Positions 48,103-57,457 of a stretch of 64,000 nt of DNA are shown one piece after another; the stretch's first letter is position 1; the number at the start of each line of letters is the position of its first letter. Where the stretch lies: positions 693 to 64,692 of the forward strand of contig JAJFUR010000056.1 of assembly GCA_021372335.1 (NCBI GenBank). Direction: 5' to 3'. The stretch is from Methanobacteriota archaeon (GTDB lineage: Archaea > Thermoplasmatota > Thermoplasmata > Methanomassiliicoccales > UBA472). The notes beneath the pieces are model-generated. The model did not search any database, had not been told where the DNA came from, and saw only the letters and a program-made list of their open reading frames with translations. The translations under genes and the position numbers were made by a program.

Positions 48103-48698
48103 TGCCCCACTAATCTTCCGACGAATACATCCAAATTGCTCCTCGTAGCATTGGACACAGGGATCACCGGCTTGGTGCCGACAACATTCCTCGCGAACGC
48201 CTCCACCTCCTTCAGGCGGGAATCGTCCACCTCGTCGGCCTTGCTCATCAGCACCATGTCCGCTGCGTGCAGCTGCCTCTCGAGGGGCACGCGCATCGCC
48301 TGTGCGAGCACGGGGAAGCGCGCGGCATCGATGAGCACGACCGTGGTGATGCGGCCTAACGGCCTGCCGTGGTAATGCTCCATCGTGGCCAATATGCTGT
48401 CTGGGTCCGCTATGCCGGAAGGCTCCACGAGGACGAGGTCCGGGTCGTACCTGTCCTGCACCATGCGCACGGTCTCCAGGAAATTGGGGCCCAGCGTGCA
48501 GCATATGCATCCGCGGGGAAGCTCCTGCACCTTGAGGCCATATTTCTCCATGACCTTGCCATCGATGCCTATGTTCCCGAAATCGTTGACGATGACCGCG
48601 ATCCTCTTGCCGGTCCGTTCGGAGATCCTGTCCACTGTGTTTAGGATGAGCGTCGTCTTCCCGCTGCCCAGGAAGCCGGCGATGATGACCATGTCCAT
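48099..48698 (-). CDS. G3E-family GTPase (COG0523/CobW-HypB-UreG-like), GTPase domain only
   Basis: Walker A GFLGSGKTTL, metal motif GCICC, Walker B LVLVEPSG, SKAD (NKxD-like). Confidence 0.8.
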   Translation of the reverse strand: MDMVIIAGFLGSGKTTLILNTVDRISERTGKRIAVIVNDFGNIGIDGKVMEKYGLKVQELPRGCICCTLGPNFLETVRMVQDRYDPDLVLVEPSGIADPDSILATMEHYHGRPLGRITTVVLIDAARFPVLAQAMRVPLERQLHAADMVLMSKADEVDDSRLKEVEAFARNVVGTKPVIPVSNATRSNLDVFVGRLVGQ

Positions 48699-48727
48699 CT
48701 TCTTACCTCGGGCTGGACAGAATCAAT

Positions 48728-49081
48728 TCAGGGCGATGTATAAGAACCTTGGCCGCCAGGAGTGGCGCTGCCGGGAGCATCCCCCTCCCTGTCCAGCCCA
48801 TAGAACTCATTGTCGAGGTCCTCCCTCTCCAGGGCCACCCTCCTGTTCCGGCACCGATGGCATTCCACGGGCTTTCCAAGCGCCCGGCGCCGGAGCACTG
48901 TGGCCTCATCCAGATGGACCAGGGACCCGCAGGCGCAGAGGACCACGGCGCCCTTCCATTCCCCGAACAGGGAGCGCGAGCGCGTCTGCCCTTCGTCGAC
49001 GAGCGAGGGAAGCGTCGGCGCCTTGTCTTGCAGGCGCACCTCCAAGGTGGGCTCGATCTCCTCGCCTTCGGACCTGAGCAT
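48728..49081 (-). CDS. Hypothetical acidic zinc-ribbon-like protein
   Basis: CACG ... CHRC pairs. It ends 29 nt upstream of the G3E GTPase gene on the same strand. Start uncertain (49081 or 49123). Confidence 0.4.
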   Translation of the reverse strand: MLRSEGEEIEPTLEVRLQDKAPTLPSLVDEGQTRSRSLFGEWKGAVVLCACGSLVHLDEATVLRRRALGKPVECHRCRNRRVALEREDLDNEFYGLDREGDAPGSATPGGQGSYTSP

Positions 49082-49357
49082 AGCTTGCGCTAATTGATGG
49101 TTAAGCAATAAACCCCTTCCCATTCAGAGCATGCTGCCCCCTCAACCAGCAGCCCACAAGTTACTGGAAGGAAGACTCGACCCCCGCAATATTCTGAACA
49201 AAAATGCCTAACGCCTTGGGATATTTTAAAGATTTCCTTAACGTCCTATATAGGTTTTTATGTCATCCAGCATATAATGGGGAATGCTGATTTTCATATA
49301 AGAACGAGGGCGACCGCTACTCAGAAACATGAAGGTACCCCCGATTCCGTTAACGGG

Positions 49358-49798
49358 TCACTCATCCTTCACCGTGGAGAAGCAGGTGCAGGTGAGCGTC
49401 CGTCCCACCCCGTCCATCTGCCTCAGCTTGTCTATGACCAGGTCGCCGATGCGCTCCATGGACTCGCCCCTCACCTTGAGAAGGATGTCGTGCTCCCCGG
49501 AGATGAGATGCACCGCGTGGACGCCCTCCAGGCGACCGATCTTCTCGGCCAGCTCCCTCTGCGAGATATGGTTGTTCGGCAGGAAGGACACCAGGATGAA
49601 CGCGGTGACCGGCTCCCCCAGCTTTCCGAAGTCCGGGACCACGGTGAAGCCCTTGATCACTCCGCGCTCCATCATGCGCCGGATACGCTCGTGGACGGTA
49701 GCCCGGGGGATGTTGAGGTCCTTGGCGATGGCCTTGGTGCTGCGCCGGGAGTCCTTCTCCAGAGCGCTCAGGATCGCCCGGTCCTTGTCATCGAGCAT
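49358..49798 (-). CDS. Lrp/AsnC-family transcriptional regulator
   Basis: MLDDKDRAILSALEKDSRRSTKAIAKDLNIPRATVHERI HTH, followed by a RAM domain. Confidence 0.9.
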   Translation of the reverse strand: MLDDKDRAILSALEKDSRRSTKAIAKDLNIPRATVHERIRRMMERGVIKGFTVVPDFGKLGEPVTAFILVSFLPNNHISQRELAEKIGRLEGVHAVHLISGEHDILLKVRGESMERIGDLVIDKLRQMDGVGRTLTCTCFSTVKDE

Positions 49799-49825
49799 GG
49801 GAAAGATGAACGCCCTTCCGCTAGA

Positions 49826-50263
49826 TTACCTTTGCTCATTTTTTAGGGGTTCCACCGACACTTGGACATCGATGCCCTCGCGGACAGCGGCGGTCACCAC
49901 GCAGAAGTCCTCGAAAAGGGGGAGGCACCGTTCGAGCTTGGCCGGGTCCTCCACCTCGGGGAAGATCGTTACCTGCATGCCCTGCACCCGCAGCCGGCCC
50001 CGCTCGTTCCTGCCCAGGACGGTGCGCACCCTCGCCCTGATGGCCATCGGTTCGGAGTGGGCCTTTCTCAGGCAGAGCGCCAGCGAGGCGCACAGGCAGT
50101 TGCCCACGGCCGCGGAGAGATAGTGGATGGCGCTTGGATATTCCCCCTTGCCCACCGGCGCCGGCTCGTCGGAACGGATGTCCGCCAGGCCCTCCTCGTC
50201 GAAGCTGATCCTGAACTGGTAGTCGTGCAGCAGCTCCAGCTCGGTAAGGAATCCCTCCTGCAT
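49826..50263 (-). CDS. OsmC/Ohr-family protein
   Basis: Size and the paired-Cys region (GNCLCASL ... FCVV) fit the OsmC fold. Confidence 0.65.
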   Translation of the reverse strand: MQEGFLTELELLHDYQFRISFDEEGLADIRSDEPAPVGKGEYPSAIHYLSAAVGNCLCASLALCLRKAHSEPMAIRARVRTVLGRNERGRLRVQGMQVTIFPEVEDPAKLERCLPLFEDFCVVTAAVREGIDVQVSVEPLKNEQR

Positions 50264-50272
50264 CCTCGCACC

Positions 50273-51457
50273 TCAGAGGGCAGCCCGCCCCATTTGCCTG
50301 AGCACCCGGCGCCGGATCTCCTCCGCCGGCTCCTCGGGCACCAGGCGCTTCCCCTTCTCGATCACCTTGACCTCGGCCCACCGCATCTCCTCGCCACAGG
50401 AGCACTTGGGCGGATCGTCGCGGCGTAGGGAGACCTCGTACTCCAGGCAGTCCGGGCATTTGAACACGTACTTGCGCCCGGCGAACTTCCCTCGTTTGGC
50501 GATCGGCTTCCCGGCCTTCTCCACTATGTCCATGGCGAAGTCGATGGTGGGGGCGTTGCTAATGGACGTCCCCACTCCGAACCCGCTGGCCCCCGCTGCG
50601 GCCAGTTCCTTGATCTTGACCTCGTCGAGGCCGCCGGAGACGAACACGCCCACGTTGGTATAGCCGCGCAGGTCAAGCTCCCAGCGGACCTCACGGACGA
50701 TATCGGCCATGTTCCCACGCCGGGAGCCCGGGGTGTCCAGCCTGACGGAGCGCAGCCCGGGCATCGCCTCCGCGGCCATGAGGGCCTCGGCCTTCTCATC
50801 GAAGAACGTGTCCGTCAGCGCCACCCTCGGGACCGTCGGGTCGATTATCTCGCCGAAGGCCTTGAACGCCTCCCGCTGGTCGCCCATCATTATGACCAGC
50901 GAATGGGGCATGGTCCCGCTCGCCGCCTTGCCGACCAGCTCTGCACCCTTGAGCGATGACACGCCATCGCATCCCCCTATGAAGGAGGAACGGTCGATGA
51001 CCGGCGCCATGGCGGGGTGCATCCGCCTCACCCCGAACGAGATGACGGGAAGGCTGCCGGCGGCCAGCTTGCACCGGGCGGCCATTGTGGCGACCCCGCT
51101 GGCATAGCATATGAAGCCCAAGGCAGGGGTCTCCAGGGAGCAGTATTGACCATAGGGACCGTCGATGGAGGCCACGGGCAGCTTCACCCCCCTCCGGGTG
51201 CGCGGGGTGAACAATGAGCCCTCCGGAAGGGCGTAGAGGTCCACCTCCCTCCCCTCCAAGATCCGCACCACCTCCTCGGTCCCGCAGAGCACCGCCCAAG
51301 GCCACGCATCTGGAAGGTCGGCCACCGTCACCTCGGACCTGGTATGGACGTCCAGAAGCCCCTTGGCCTTCAGGATCGCCTCGGTGCGCTGGAAGTAGAC
51401 GTCGGTCGTCAAGCCCTTTTGGATGTCATCATGCTCAGCGGAGAAGAACCTGCCCAT
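50273..51457 (-). CDS. pncB: Nicotinate phosphoribosyltransferase (archaeal short type) with a C-terminal zinc ribbon
   Basis: TTDVYFQRT N-terminal region, TIM-barrel motifs GVFVSGGLD, and C-terminal CPDC..CSCG. ATG 51457 is preceded by a GGGTGAT SD; alternative GTG 51484. Confidence 0.75.
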   Translation of the reverse strand: MGRFFSAEHDDIQKGLTTDVYFQRTEAILKAKGLLDVHTRSEVTVADLPDAWPWAVLCGTEEVVRILEGREVDLYALPEGSLFTPRTRRGVKLPVASIDGPYGQYCSLETPALGFICYASGVATMAARCKLAAGSLPVISFGVRRMHPAMAPVIDRSSFIGGCDGVSSLKGAELVGKAASGTMPHSLVIMMGDQREAFKAFGEIIDPTVPRVALTDTFFDEKAEALMAAEAMPGLRSVRLDTPGSRRGNMADIVREVRWELDLRGYTNVGVFVSGGLDEVKIKELAAAGASGFGVGTSISNAPTIDFAMDIVEKAGKPIAKRGKFAGRKYVFKCPDCLEYEVSLRRDDPPKCSCGEEMRWAEVKVIEKGKRLVPEEPAEEIRRRVLRQMGRAAL

Positions 51458-51506
51458 CGCATCACCCGAATATGCGCTAATCACCGTTTTCCATGATTAA
51501 CCTTCT

Positions 51507-52778
51507 TCAAAGGAAGGCCGCGCGGCCCTTGAAGACGGCTTTTCCCCCAAGCCCCTCCTCTATGCGCAGCAGCCTGTTGTACTTGGCCGTGCGCTCCGCC
51601 CGCGCCGGCGCCCCGCTCTTGATCTGACCGCACTCGAGGGCGACCGCGATGTCGGCGATCGTGGTGTCCTCCGATTCCCCGGAGCGATGGCTTACCATCA
51701 CGTTGTAGCCGTGGTCGAAGCACATCGCCGCCGCCCGCATGGCATCGGACACCGTCCCGATCTGGTTCACCTTCAGCAGCATCGCGTTCCCCGCCTTGGC
51801 CTCGATCCCCCTCCGCAGCCGATCGACATTGGTGACGAACAGGTCGTCCCCCACGAGCTGCAGCCTTGTCCCAACCTTGCGGGTCAGTTCGGCCATGTCG
51901 AGGAACCCCTCCTCATGCACCGGGTCCTCCAGGCTGATGAGCGGGTATTCCTTGCTCAGGTCGATGTAGAAGTCCACGATCTCCCCGGGGGCCATCCGCC
52001 TGCCGTCCACCTCATAGACGCCGTTGGAATAGAACTCGCTGGCGGCGGCGTCCATGGCCAGGGACACCTCCTTTCCAGGGGCGTACCCTGCGGCCTCGAT
52101 CGCCCTGAGCAGGGCGTCCAAGGCCTGGCGGCTCGTATCGAACGGCGGGGCGAACCCGCCCTCATCCCCCACGTTGATGGCCGATGGCCCCATCCCCTTC
52201 CTCAGGACCTGTCTCAGGGCATGATAGACCTCGGTGCCTGCCCTCAGCGCCTCGGAGAAGCTGGGGGCCCCGCAGGGAACGACCATGAACTCCTGGACCC
52301 TCAGGTTGCCTCCGGCATGCTTTCCGCCGTTGATGACGTTCATGCATGGGACCGGCAGTACCTTGCTGCCCTGTCCGAGATGCTCGTGCAGCTCCACGCC
52401 CTTCAGGACCGCCCCGGCCTTGGCCGCGGCGTAGGAGACGGCGGTGGTGGCGTTGCCGCCCAGCCTGCCCATGTTGTCCGTCCCGTCAAGCTCCCTCATG
52501 GCCTCGTCCACCGCCTTGAGGTCCGTGACGTCCATGCCCTTGAGCCTGGGCGAGATGAGCTCCCGGACGTTCCTAACGGCCTTGAGCACGCCCTTTCCCG
52601 AGTATCTGTTCCCTCCGTCACGAAGCTCGAGGGCCTCGAAGGTCCCGGTGGACGCCCCCGAAGGGGCTATGGCGGTCACGGTCACCTTTCCGGCCTCCAC
52701 CTGCGCCTCCACGGTGGGGTTGCCCCTGGAGTCCAGCACCTCTCTGCTCCAAACCCTGGTTATCGTTACGTCAGCCAT
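51507..52778 (-). CDS. eno: Enolase
   Basis: REVLDSRGNPTVE, SHRSGETED-like SHRSGESEDT, KxNQIGT-like LLKVNQIGT. Confidence 0.95.
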   Translation of the reverse strand: MADVTITRVWSREVLDSRGNPTVEAQVEAGKVTVTAIAPSGASTGTFEALELRDGGNRYSGKGVLKAVRNVRELISPRLKGMDVTDLKAVDEAMRELDGTDNMGRLGGNATTAVSYAAAKAGAVLKGVELHEHLGQGSKVLPVPCMNVINGGKHAGGNLRVQEFMVVPCGAPSFSEALRAGTEVYHALRQVLRKGMGPSAINVGDEGGFAPPFDTSRQALDALLRAIEAAGYAPGKEVSLAMDAAASEFYSNGVYEVDGRRMAPGEIVDFYIDLSKEYPLISLEDPVHEEGFLDMAELTRKVGTRLQLVGDDLFVTNVDRLRRGIEAKAGNAMLLKVNQIGTVSDAMRAAAMCFDHGYNVMVSHRSGESEDTTIADIAVALECGQIKSGAPARAERTAKYNRLLRIEEGLGGKAVFKGRAAFL

Positions 52779-52796
52779 ACTGTGCAGCTCCGTTGC

Positions 52797-53756
52797 TCAT
52801 TGATGCGGGCGGGCCTCTTCCGCCTCGATGATCTCCATGTTCCTTTCCAGGAGCGCAAGCTCCCTGGTCTCGAGGGTCCGGGGGTCCACGGATATGATGA
52901 GCCGGGAACGGTTCTCCATGACGGCCTCGGTGACATGATGGACCATCCTCAGCACCTTGTCGAAATCGTTGTTGACTATGAGGAACTCCACGCCGTCTAT
53001 GAGGACGATGCTGTCGCCGCTCTTCTCGACGAAGCGGATGATGGTGTCGCTCAGGATCCCGATGTTGGTGGGGTTCACGTACACCTTCCCCAACTGGTTG
53101 CTGAGCCATATTATCGGGGTCTTCTCGAGCCCCCACTGATTGCGGATGATCGTAGGGTGCTGCCGGGTGACGCATAGACCAGGGATGTTGTGGGTCACCT
53201 GGTCCACGAATATCTCGAAGGACCTGTGCGGCTTGGTTTCTTTCACCAGATAGCTGAACCCCCGGTGCAGCTCGAACATCTTGGCGCTGGTGCGCGCTTC
53301 CTCCACGCCTCCCTTCTCGTCCCTCTTCCGAAGGAGGGAGCGCAGCCCCTTGCGCTCGCTTTCGAGGACCGGCGCCTCCCTGCCCTCGGGCTGGTCCCCA
53401 AGCGCCTTCCTGACCTTCTGGGAGAGTTCATCGTTGGTGAACGGCTTGCGGATGTACCCGGTCACCACGTCCTGCAGCCCGAAGATGTCGGCGCCGATCT
53501 CGGTCGTGGCCGTGAGCATCATTATCTTCATGCCCTCGGTCAGCCCTTTCTCCTTCAAGGTGCGCAGGACCGCCCAGCCATCCATGTCCGGCATGTTTAT
53601 GTCCAGGAGCATCAGGTCCGGCCTCTCCGACTGGACCTTGGCCAGGCATTCCCGGCCGCCGATGGCCGTGAGAGGCTGATAGCCCGCATTGGAGATCAGT
53701 TCGGTGACGATCTCCAGGATGGCGGCATTATCGTCCACGACCAAAACCTTCTTGAT
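52797..53756 (-). CDS. Response-regulator receiver domain fused to a DUF835 domain; start codon unresolved
   Basis: IKKVLVVDDNAAILE..LLDINMPDMDG..KPF receiver motifs, then a DUF835-like C-terminal half. There is no in-frame ATG or GTG between the L40e stop (53870) and the receiver beta-1 strand. Candidates are ATC 53756 and TTG 53744. Confidence 0.7.
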   Translation of the reverse strand: MKKVLVVDDNAAILEIVTELISNAGYQPLTAIGGRECLAKVQSERPDLMLLDINMPDMDGWAVLRTLKEKGLTEGMKIMMLTATTEIGADIFGLQDVVTGYIRKPFTNDELSQKVRKALGDQPEGREAPVLESERKGLRSLLRKRDEKGGVEEARTSAKMFELHRGFSYLVKETKPHRSFEIFVDQVTHNIPGLCVTRQHPTIIRNQWGLEKTPIIWLSNQLGKVYVNPTNIGILSDTIIRFVEKSGDSIVLIDGVEFLIVNNDFDKVLRMVHHVTEAVMENRSRLIISVDPRTLETRELALLERNMEIIEAEEARPHQ

Positions 53757-53869
53757 TCGAATTCCCCCAGTGCCTAGAGCAATGAGGCATGCACTCCCCT
53801 GATTAAAAATCCTATCCCATGGAATCAGCTTGGGAGAATGGTGCGGAGGAAGGAGTTTGCGGCCCTTGC

Positions 53870-54019
53870 TTAGGCCTTGCGGCTCTCCTTGGCCTTCATA
53901 CGCAACGAGGTGTATCCGCACTTGCGGCACCTGGTGGCCTTGACGGCGTTACGGGCATAGCAGCTGAGGCAGACCTTCTTGTTCAGCAGCCTTTCGTCAG
54001 CTTCTTTGAAGCGTGCCAT
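53870..54019 (-). CDS. rpl40e: Ribosomal protein L40e (49 aa; absent from ORF track)
   Basis: My own translation: [49 protein letters not shown]. It has a C4 zinc ribbon, with a TTTATATC box and a GAGAGGGG SD upstream. Confidence 0.9.
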   Translation of the reverse strand: MARFKEADERLLNKKVCLSCYARNAVKATRCRKCGYTSLRMKAKESRKA

Positions 54020-54071
54020 TTTTCCCCTCTCGCCTTGAAATAGGGAGCCGATATAAATACGTTGCCGGTCC

Positions 54072-55025
54072 CTAGTCCCTTTCCATCAGCGCGAGGTACG
54101 CCAGCAGGGATTCCAGCTGGATGCGTTCATTGCTCCCTTCCACGATGCGGAACTCTATCTCCCCCGTGCGATCGATCAGCCTGATCTTCTCCCTGTCAGG
54201 CATGTCCAGGTCGTAGAACGACCGGTGGATCTGCTTTATTATGTCCTCCCCGCTCAGTCCATAGGTGACCATCATCTCGTCCAGCTTTGCCCTTGCGCCT
54301 GAGAAGTCCCCAGCCAGGGCGGTGTTCACCATGTCCACCACCTCGTCCGGCCGGGCGTTCCCCGTTGCCCGATAGACGACATCGATGGTGACATCCCCTC
54401 CCATCGTGGCGGCCACCTGCAGGGAGTTGATGGATTTGCGCATGTCGCCCTCGCCCACGTGTACGATGGCGTCCAGGGCGTCGTCGTCGATCTTGATTCC
54501 CTCCTTCTGGGCGATGGCCTGGAGATAGCGTTTGATGTCCTCGGCCCTTAGGGGACGGAACCGGAATACGGCGCAGCGGGATTGGATGGGCTCGATTATC
54601 TTGGAGGAATAGTTGCAGGAGAGCACGAAACGGCAGTTCCGGCTGTAGCGCTCCATGGTCCTCCGCAGCGCGGCCTGCGCATCCTGGGTGAGCGCATCGG
54701 CCTCGTCGAGGAATATTATCTTGAAGGAGGCCCCGCCTATGGGCGCGGTGCGGGCGAACTCCTTGATCTTTCCACGGACGACGTCGATGCCACGCTCGTC
54801 CGAAGCGTTCAGTTCGATGAAGTTTTCGCGCCACGCCTCCCCGTACATCTCCTTTGCCATAGCCAGGGCGGATGTCGTCTTGCCTGTGCCCGCGGGTCCG
54901 GCGAACATCAGATGGGGCAGATTGCCGGAGCGCACGTATGAGGAAAGCCTCTCCACGATCTCCTTCTGGCCAACGATGTCCGACAGCCTGCGTGGGCGGT
55001 ACTTCTCAGTCCAAATCTCCTGCAT
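54072..55025 (-). CDS. rfcS: Replication factor C small subunit
   Basis: [16 protein letters not shown], Walker [14 protein letters not shown]-like [11 protein letters not shown] motif QSRCAVFRF. Start at ATG 55025 (alternative 55040). Confidence 0.9.
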   Translation of the reverse strand: MQEIWTEKYRPRRLSDIVGQKEIVERLSSYVRSGNLPHLMFAGPAGTGKTTSALAMAKEMYGEAWRENFIELNASDERGIDVVRGKIKEFARTAPIGGASFKIIFLDEADALTQDAQAALRRTMERYSRNCRFVLSCNYSSKIIEPIQSRCAVFRFRPLRAEDIKRYLQAIAQKEGIKIDDDALDAIVHVGEGDMRKSINSLQVAATMGGDVTIDVVYRATGNARPDEVVDMVNTALAGDFSGARAKLDEMMVTYGLSGEDIIKQIHRSFYDLDMPDREKIRLIDRTGEIEFRIVEGSNERIQLESLLAYLALMERD

Positions 55026-55127
55026 GATCTCCAGCCACATCAAAGATGTAACTAAGTTAAAAGGTTATCTGGGGACGATCGGACGTATTCCCGAACATTT
55101 AATACCCCGGCCGGCGTGAACGGAGCG

Positions 55128-56039
55128 ATGCGCTGCTCCAAGTGCTCCGCCCCCGCGGTGACCTACATCCGCTACAATGGGTCCCATCTATGCCCCGCGC
55201 ATCTCCTCGAGTACGTGGAGAGGAGGGTCAAGAAGGAGGTGCGCTCCCAGCTCAGATTGGAGGGAGAGACGCACATCGCCGTGGGCGCTTCCGGAGGAAA
55301 GGATAGCCAGACGGCGCTCTTCCTATTAACGGAGATCCTCGGCCGTCGGAGGAACGTGCGCGTGACCGCCATCACCGTGGACGAAGGGATAGCGGGCTAC
55401 CGCCCCGAGACGGTCCCCAAGGTCCGCGAACTCTGCCGCGAACTGGGGGTGGAGCATGTGGTGGTGTCGTTCGAAGAGGTGGCAGGCCTGAGCTTGGATA
55501 CGATGGTCGCCCGGACCGACGCCCGGGAGGCGTGCACCTACTGCGGTGTCTTTCGAAGGCGATGCCTCAACATAACGGCAAGGGAGCTGGGCGTGGACGT
55601 TCTGGCATTGGGGCACAACCTGGACGATATGGCCCAGTCGGTTCTTATGAACATCACCCGGGGCGACGTGGAACGGTTGGCCCGCCTGGGGCCGCATGCC
55701 CACGCCCAGCCAGGCCTGGTGCCCAGGATCATGCCCTTGCGCACCGTCCCGGAGAAGGAGACGTACCTTTATGCCCTGCTCTCGGGCCTTCCCTTCTCGG
55801 ATGCCGAGTGCCCTTATGCGGTGCACGCCCTGCGCAACGAGTACCGGCAGATAATAGACGGGATGGAGCACAGGCACCCCGGCACCAGACATGCCATCCT
55901 GGGGAGCTACGACCGCCTCAGGCCTTTGATGCGGGAGGGATTCCCCCAGGCCAAGCTCCGGGAGTGCGCCTGCGGGGAACCGACCCTGAACGAGAGGTGC
56001 ATGGCCTGTGAGATGCTGGAAAGGCTGAAGAAAGGTTGA
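55128..56039 (+). CDS. tRNA 2-thiolation PP-loop ATPase (TtuA/NcsA/Ctu1 family)
   Basis: N-terminal zinc finger CSKC..CPAH, PP-loop VGASGGKDS, central CTYCGVFRR, C-terminal CACG..CMAC. Confidence 0.75.
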   Translation: MRCSKCSAPAVTYIRYNGSHLCPAHLLEYVERRVKKEVRSQLRLEGETHIAVGASGGKDSQTALFLLTEILGRRRNVRVTAITVDEGIAGYRPETVPKVRELCRELGVEHVVVSFEEVAGLSLDTMVARTDAREACTYCGVFRRRCLNITARELGVDVLALGHNLDDMAQSVLMNITRGDVERLARLGPHAHAQPGLVPRIMPLRTVPEKETYLYALLSGLPFSDAECPYAVHALRNEYRQIIDGMEHRHPGTRHAILGSYDRLRPLMREGFPQAKLRECACGEPTLNERCMACEMLERLKKG

Positions 56040-56066
56040 GGGGGGTTTGGAAAGGGGCCTGAGAGG

Positions 56067-57344
56067 TCATACCAGCTTGTGGTAGGCGTATGCTTCCTCG
56101 CCCTCATGCAGGCAGTAGCGCACCTTGGTGAAGGAGCGCTTCAGGGCGATGACGTCCTTCTTGACCACCTCCGGGTTCTCCTTCTTGACCACGACCCGGT
56201 GGATAAGAGAGGCCACCTCCTTCATCTCGCCTTCCCTCATGCCCACCCTGGTGAGCTCCTGGGCGCCGAGGCGTATGCCGGACGGTTTCACGGAGGATTT
56301 GTCCCCCGGGAGCATGTTCTTGTTGGCGATGATGTTGGCCTTCTCCATGAGGTTGGCCGCCTCGGCGCCGCCGCCGTGCGCAGCGACGTTGACGGCGATG
56401 GTATGGCTCTCGGTGAAGCCCTTGTGGGCGCAGAGCACGTCCATGCCCAGCTCGTTCAACGCCTGGCCCAGGGCCTTGGCGTTCTTGCATACCTGGGCGG
56501 CGTACCCCTCGCCGTAGATCTCCCATTCCGCCAAGGTCACCGCGAGCGCGGCCATGGCATGCAGGTGGTGGCTCGAGGTCACCCCGGGGAACACCGCAGA
56601 ACTGAGCCTCTTGCCCAGGTCCTCGGTGAGATCGTTCCCAAGTACGATGCCGTGGTTGGGCCCCGGGAACGTCTTGTGGGTCGAGGCGGTCATGACGTTC
56701 GCCCCTTCGTGCAACGGGTCCTGGAACTTGCCCCCGGCTATTAGACCGAGAACGTGGGCGCCATCGTACCATATTGGGGCGTTGACCTCCGCCGCCACAT
56801 CCTTCAGCTCCCTTATGGGAGCTGGGAACAGGAACACGGAGAGGCCGAACTGCACGACCTTGGGCTTGGTCTCCCGGATCATCTTGGCCGCCCCGTCCAC
56901 GTCGATGACCATGTCGTGTATGTCGAACGGGTAGGTCACGGTGTTCACCCCGCGGAAGCCCACCGCCCCGAACTTGGCGGTGGAGATGTGCGCCCCGTGG
57001 TCCAGGGAGGTGCATGTGATCGTATCCCCCGGCTCGGTGAGCGCCATCAGGGCTGCCATGTTGGCCACCGTTCCGGAGATCGGCCGCACGTCGGCGAACT
57101 GACATTTGAATATGCGCTTCGCCAGCTCAAGGCATCGCATCTCGACCTGGTCCACGTAGATGTTACCGTTGTAATAGCGCTTCCCTGGCAGTCCCTCGGC
57201 ATAGCGATCGTGGAAGTCGGAGATCATCATCTCCTTGGCCAACGGGCTCATGAGGTTCTCGGAGGCTATCATCGGCAGCGACTCCTCGAACCATTTGTTA
57301 TGCTTCTGCACCTGGTCCCGGATCCAGTAGGCGTCCTCTTTCAT
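56067..57344 (-). CDS. glyA: Serine hydroxymethyltransferase
   Basis: MIASENLMSP, and PLP-lysine region TASTHKTFPGP. ATG 57344 has an upstream GAGGGTG SD. Confidence 0.9.
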   Translation of the reverse strand: MKEDAYWIRDQVQKHNKWFEESLPMIASENLMSPLAKEMMISDFHDRYAEGLPGKRYYNGNIYVDQVEMRCLELAKRIFKCQFADVRPISGTVANMAALMALTEPGDTITCTSLDHGAHISTAKFGAVGFRGVNTVTYPFDIHDMVIDVDGAAKMIRETKPKVVQFGLSVFLFPAPIRELKDVAAEVNAPIWYDGAHVLGLIAGGKFQDPLHEGANVMTASTHKTFPGPNHGIVLGNDLTEDLGKRLSSAVFPGVTSSHHLHAMAALAVTLAEWEIYGEGYAAQVCKNAKALGQALNELGMDVLCAHKGFTESHTIAVNVAAHGGGAEAANLMEKANIIANKNMLPGDKSSVKPSGIRLGAQELTRVGMREGEMKEVASLIHRVVVKKENPEVVKKDVIALKRSFTKVRYCLHEGEEAYAYHKLV

Positions 57345-57457
57345 AAGGTCACTTGCACCCTCATAAAAGGAGGGGATTAAATAGGTTGGCCTCTGCCCTG
57401 AAGGACCGCAGGTCAAATGATTTATTAGCTGGCAACCCTTGCCTTTGCCGGAGAGGA

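Noticed and set aside
53757-54043. The track's N-terminal extension of the receiver-DUF835 ORF (to 53930) and the plus-strand ORF 53819-54043.
   Set aside because: Both overlap the clearly recognisable L40e gene (53870-54019) in other frames and have implausible sequences.
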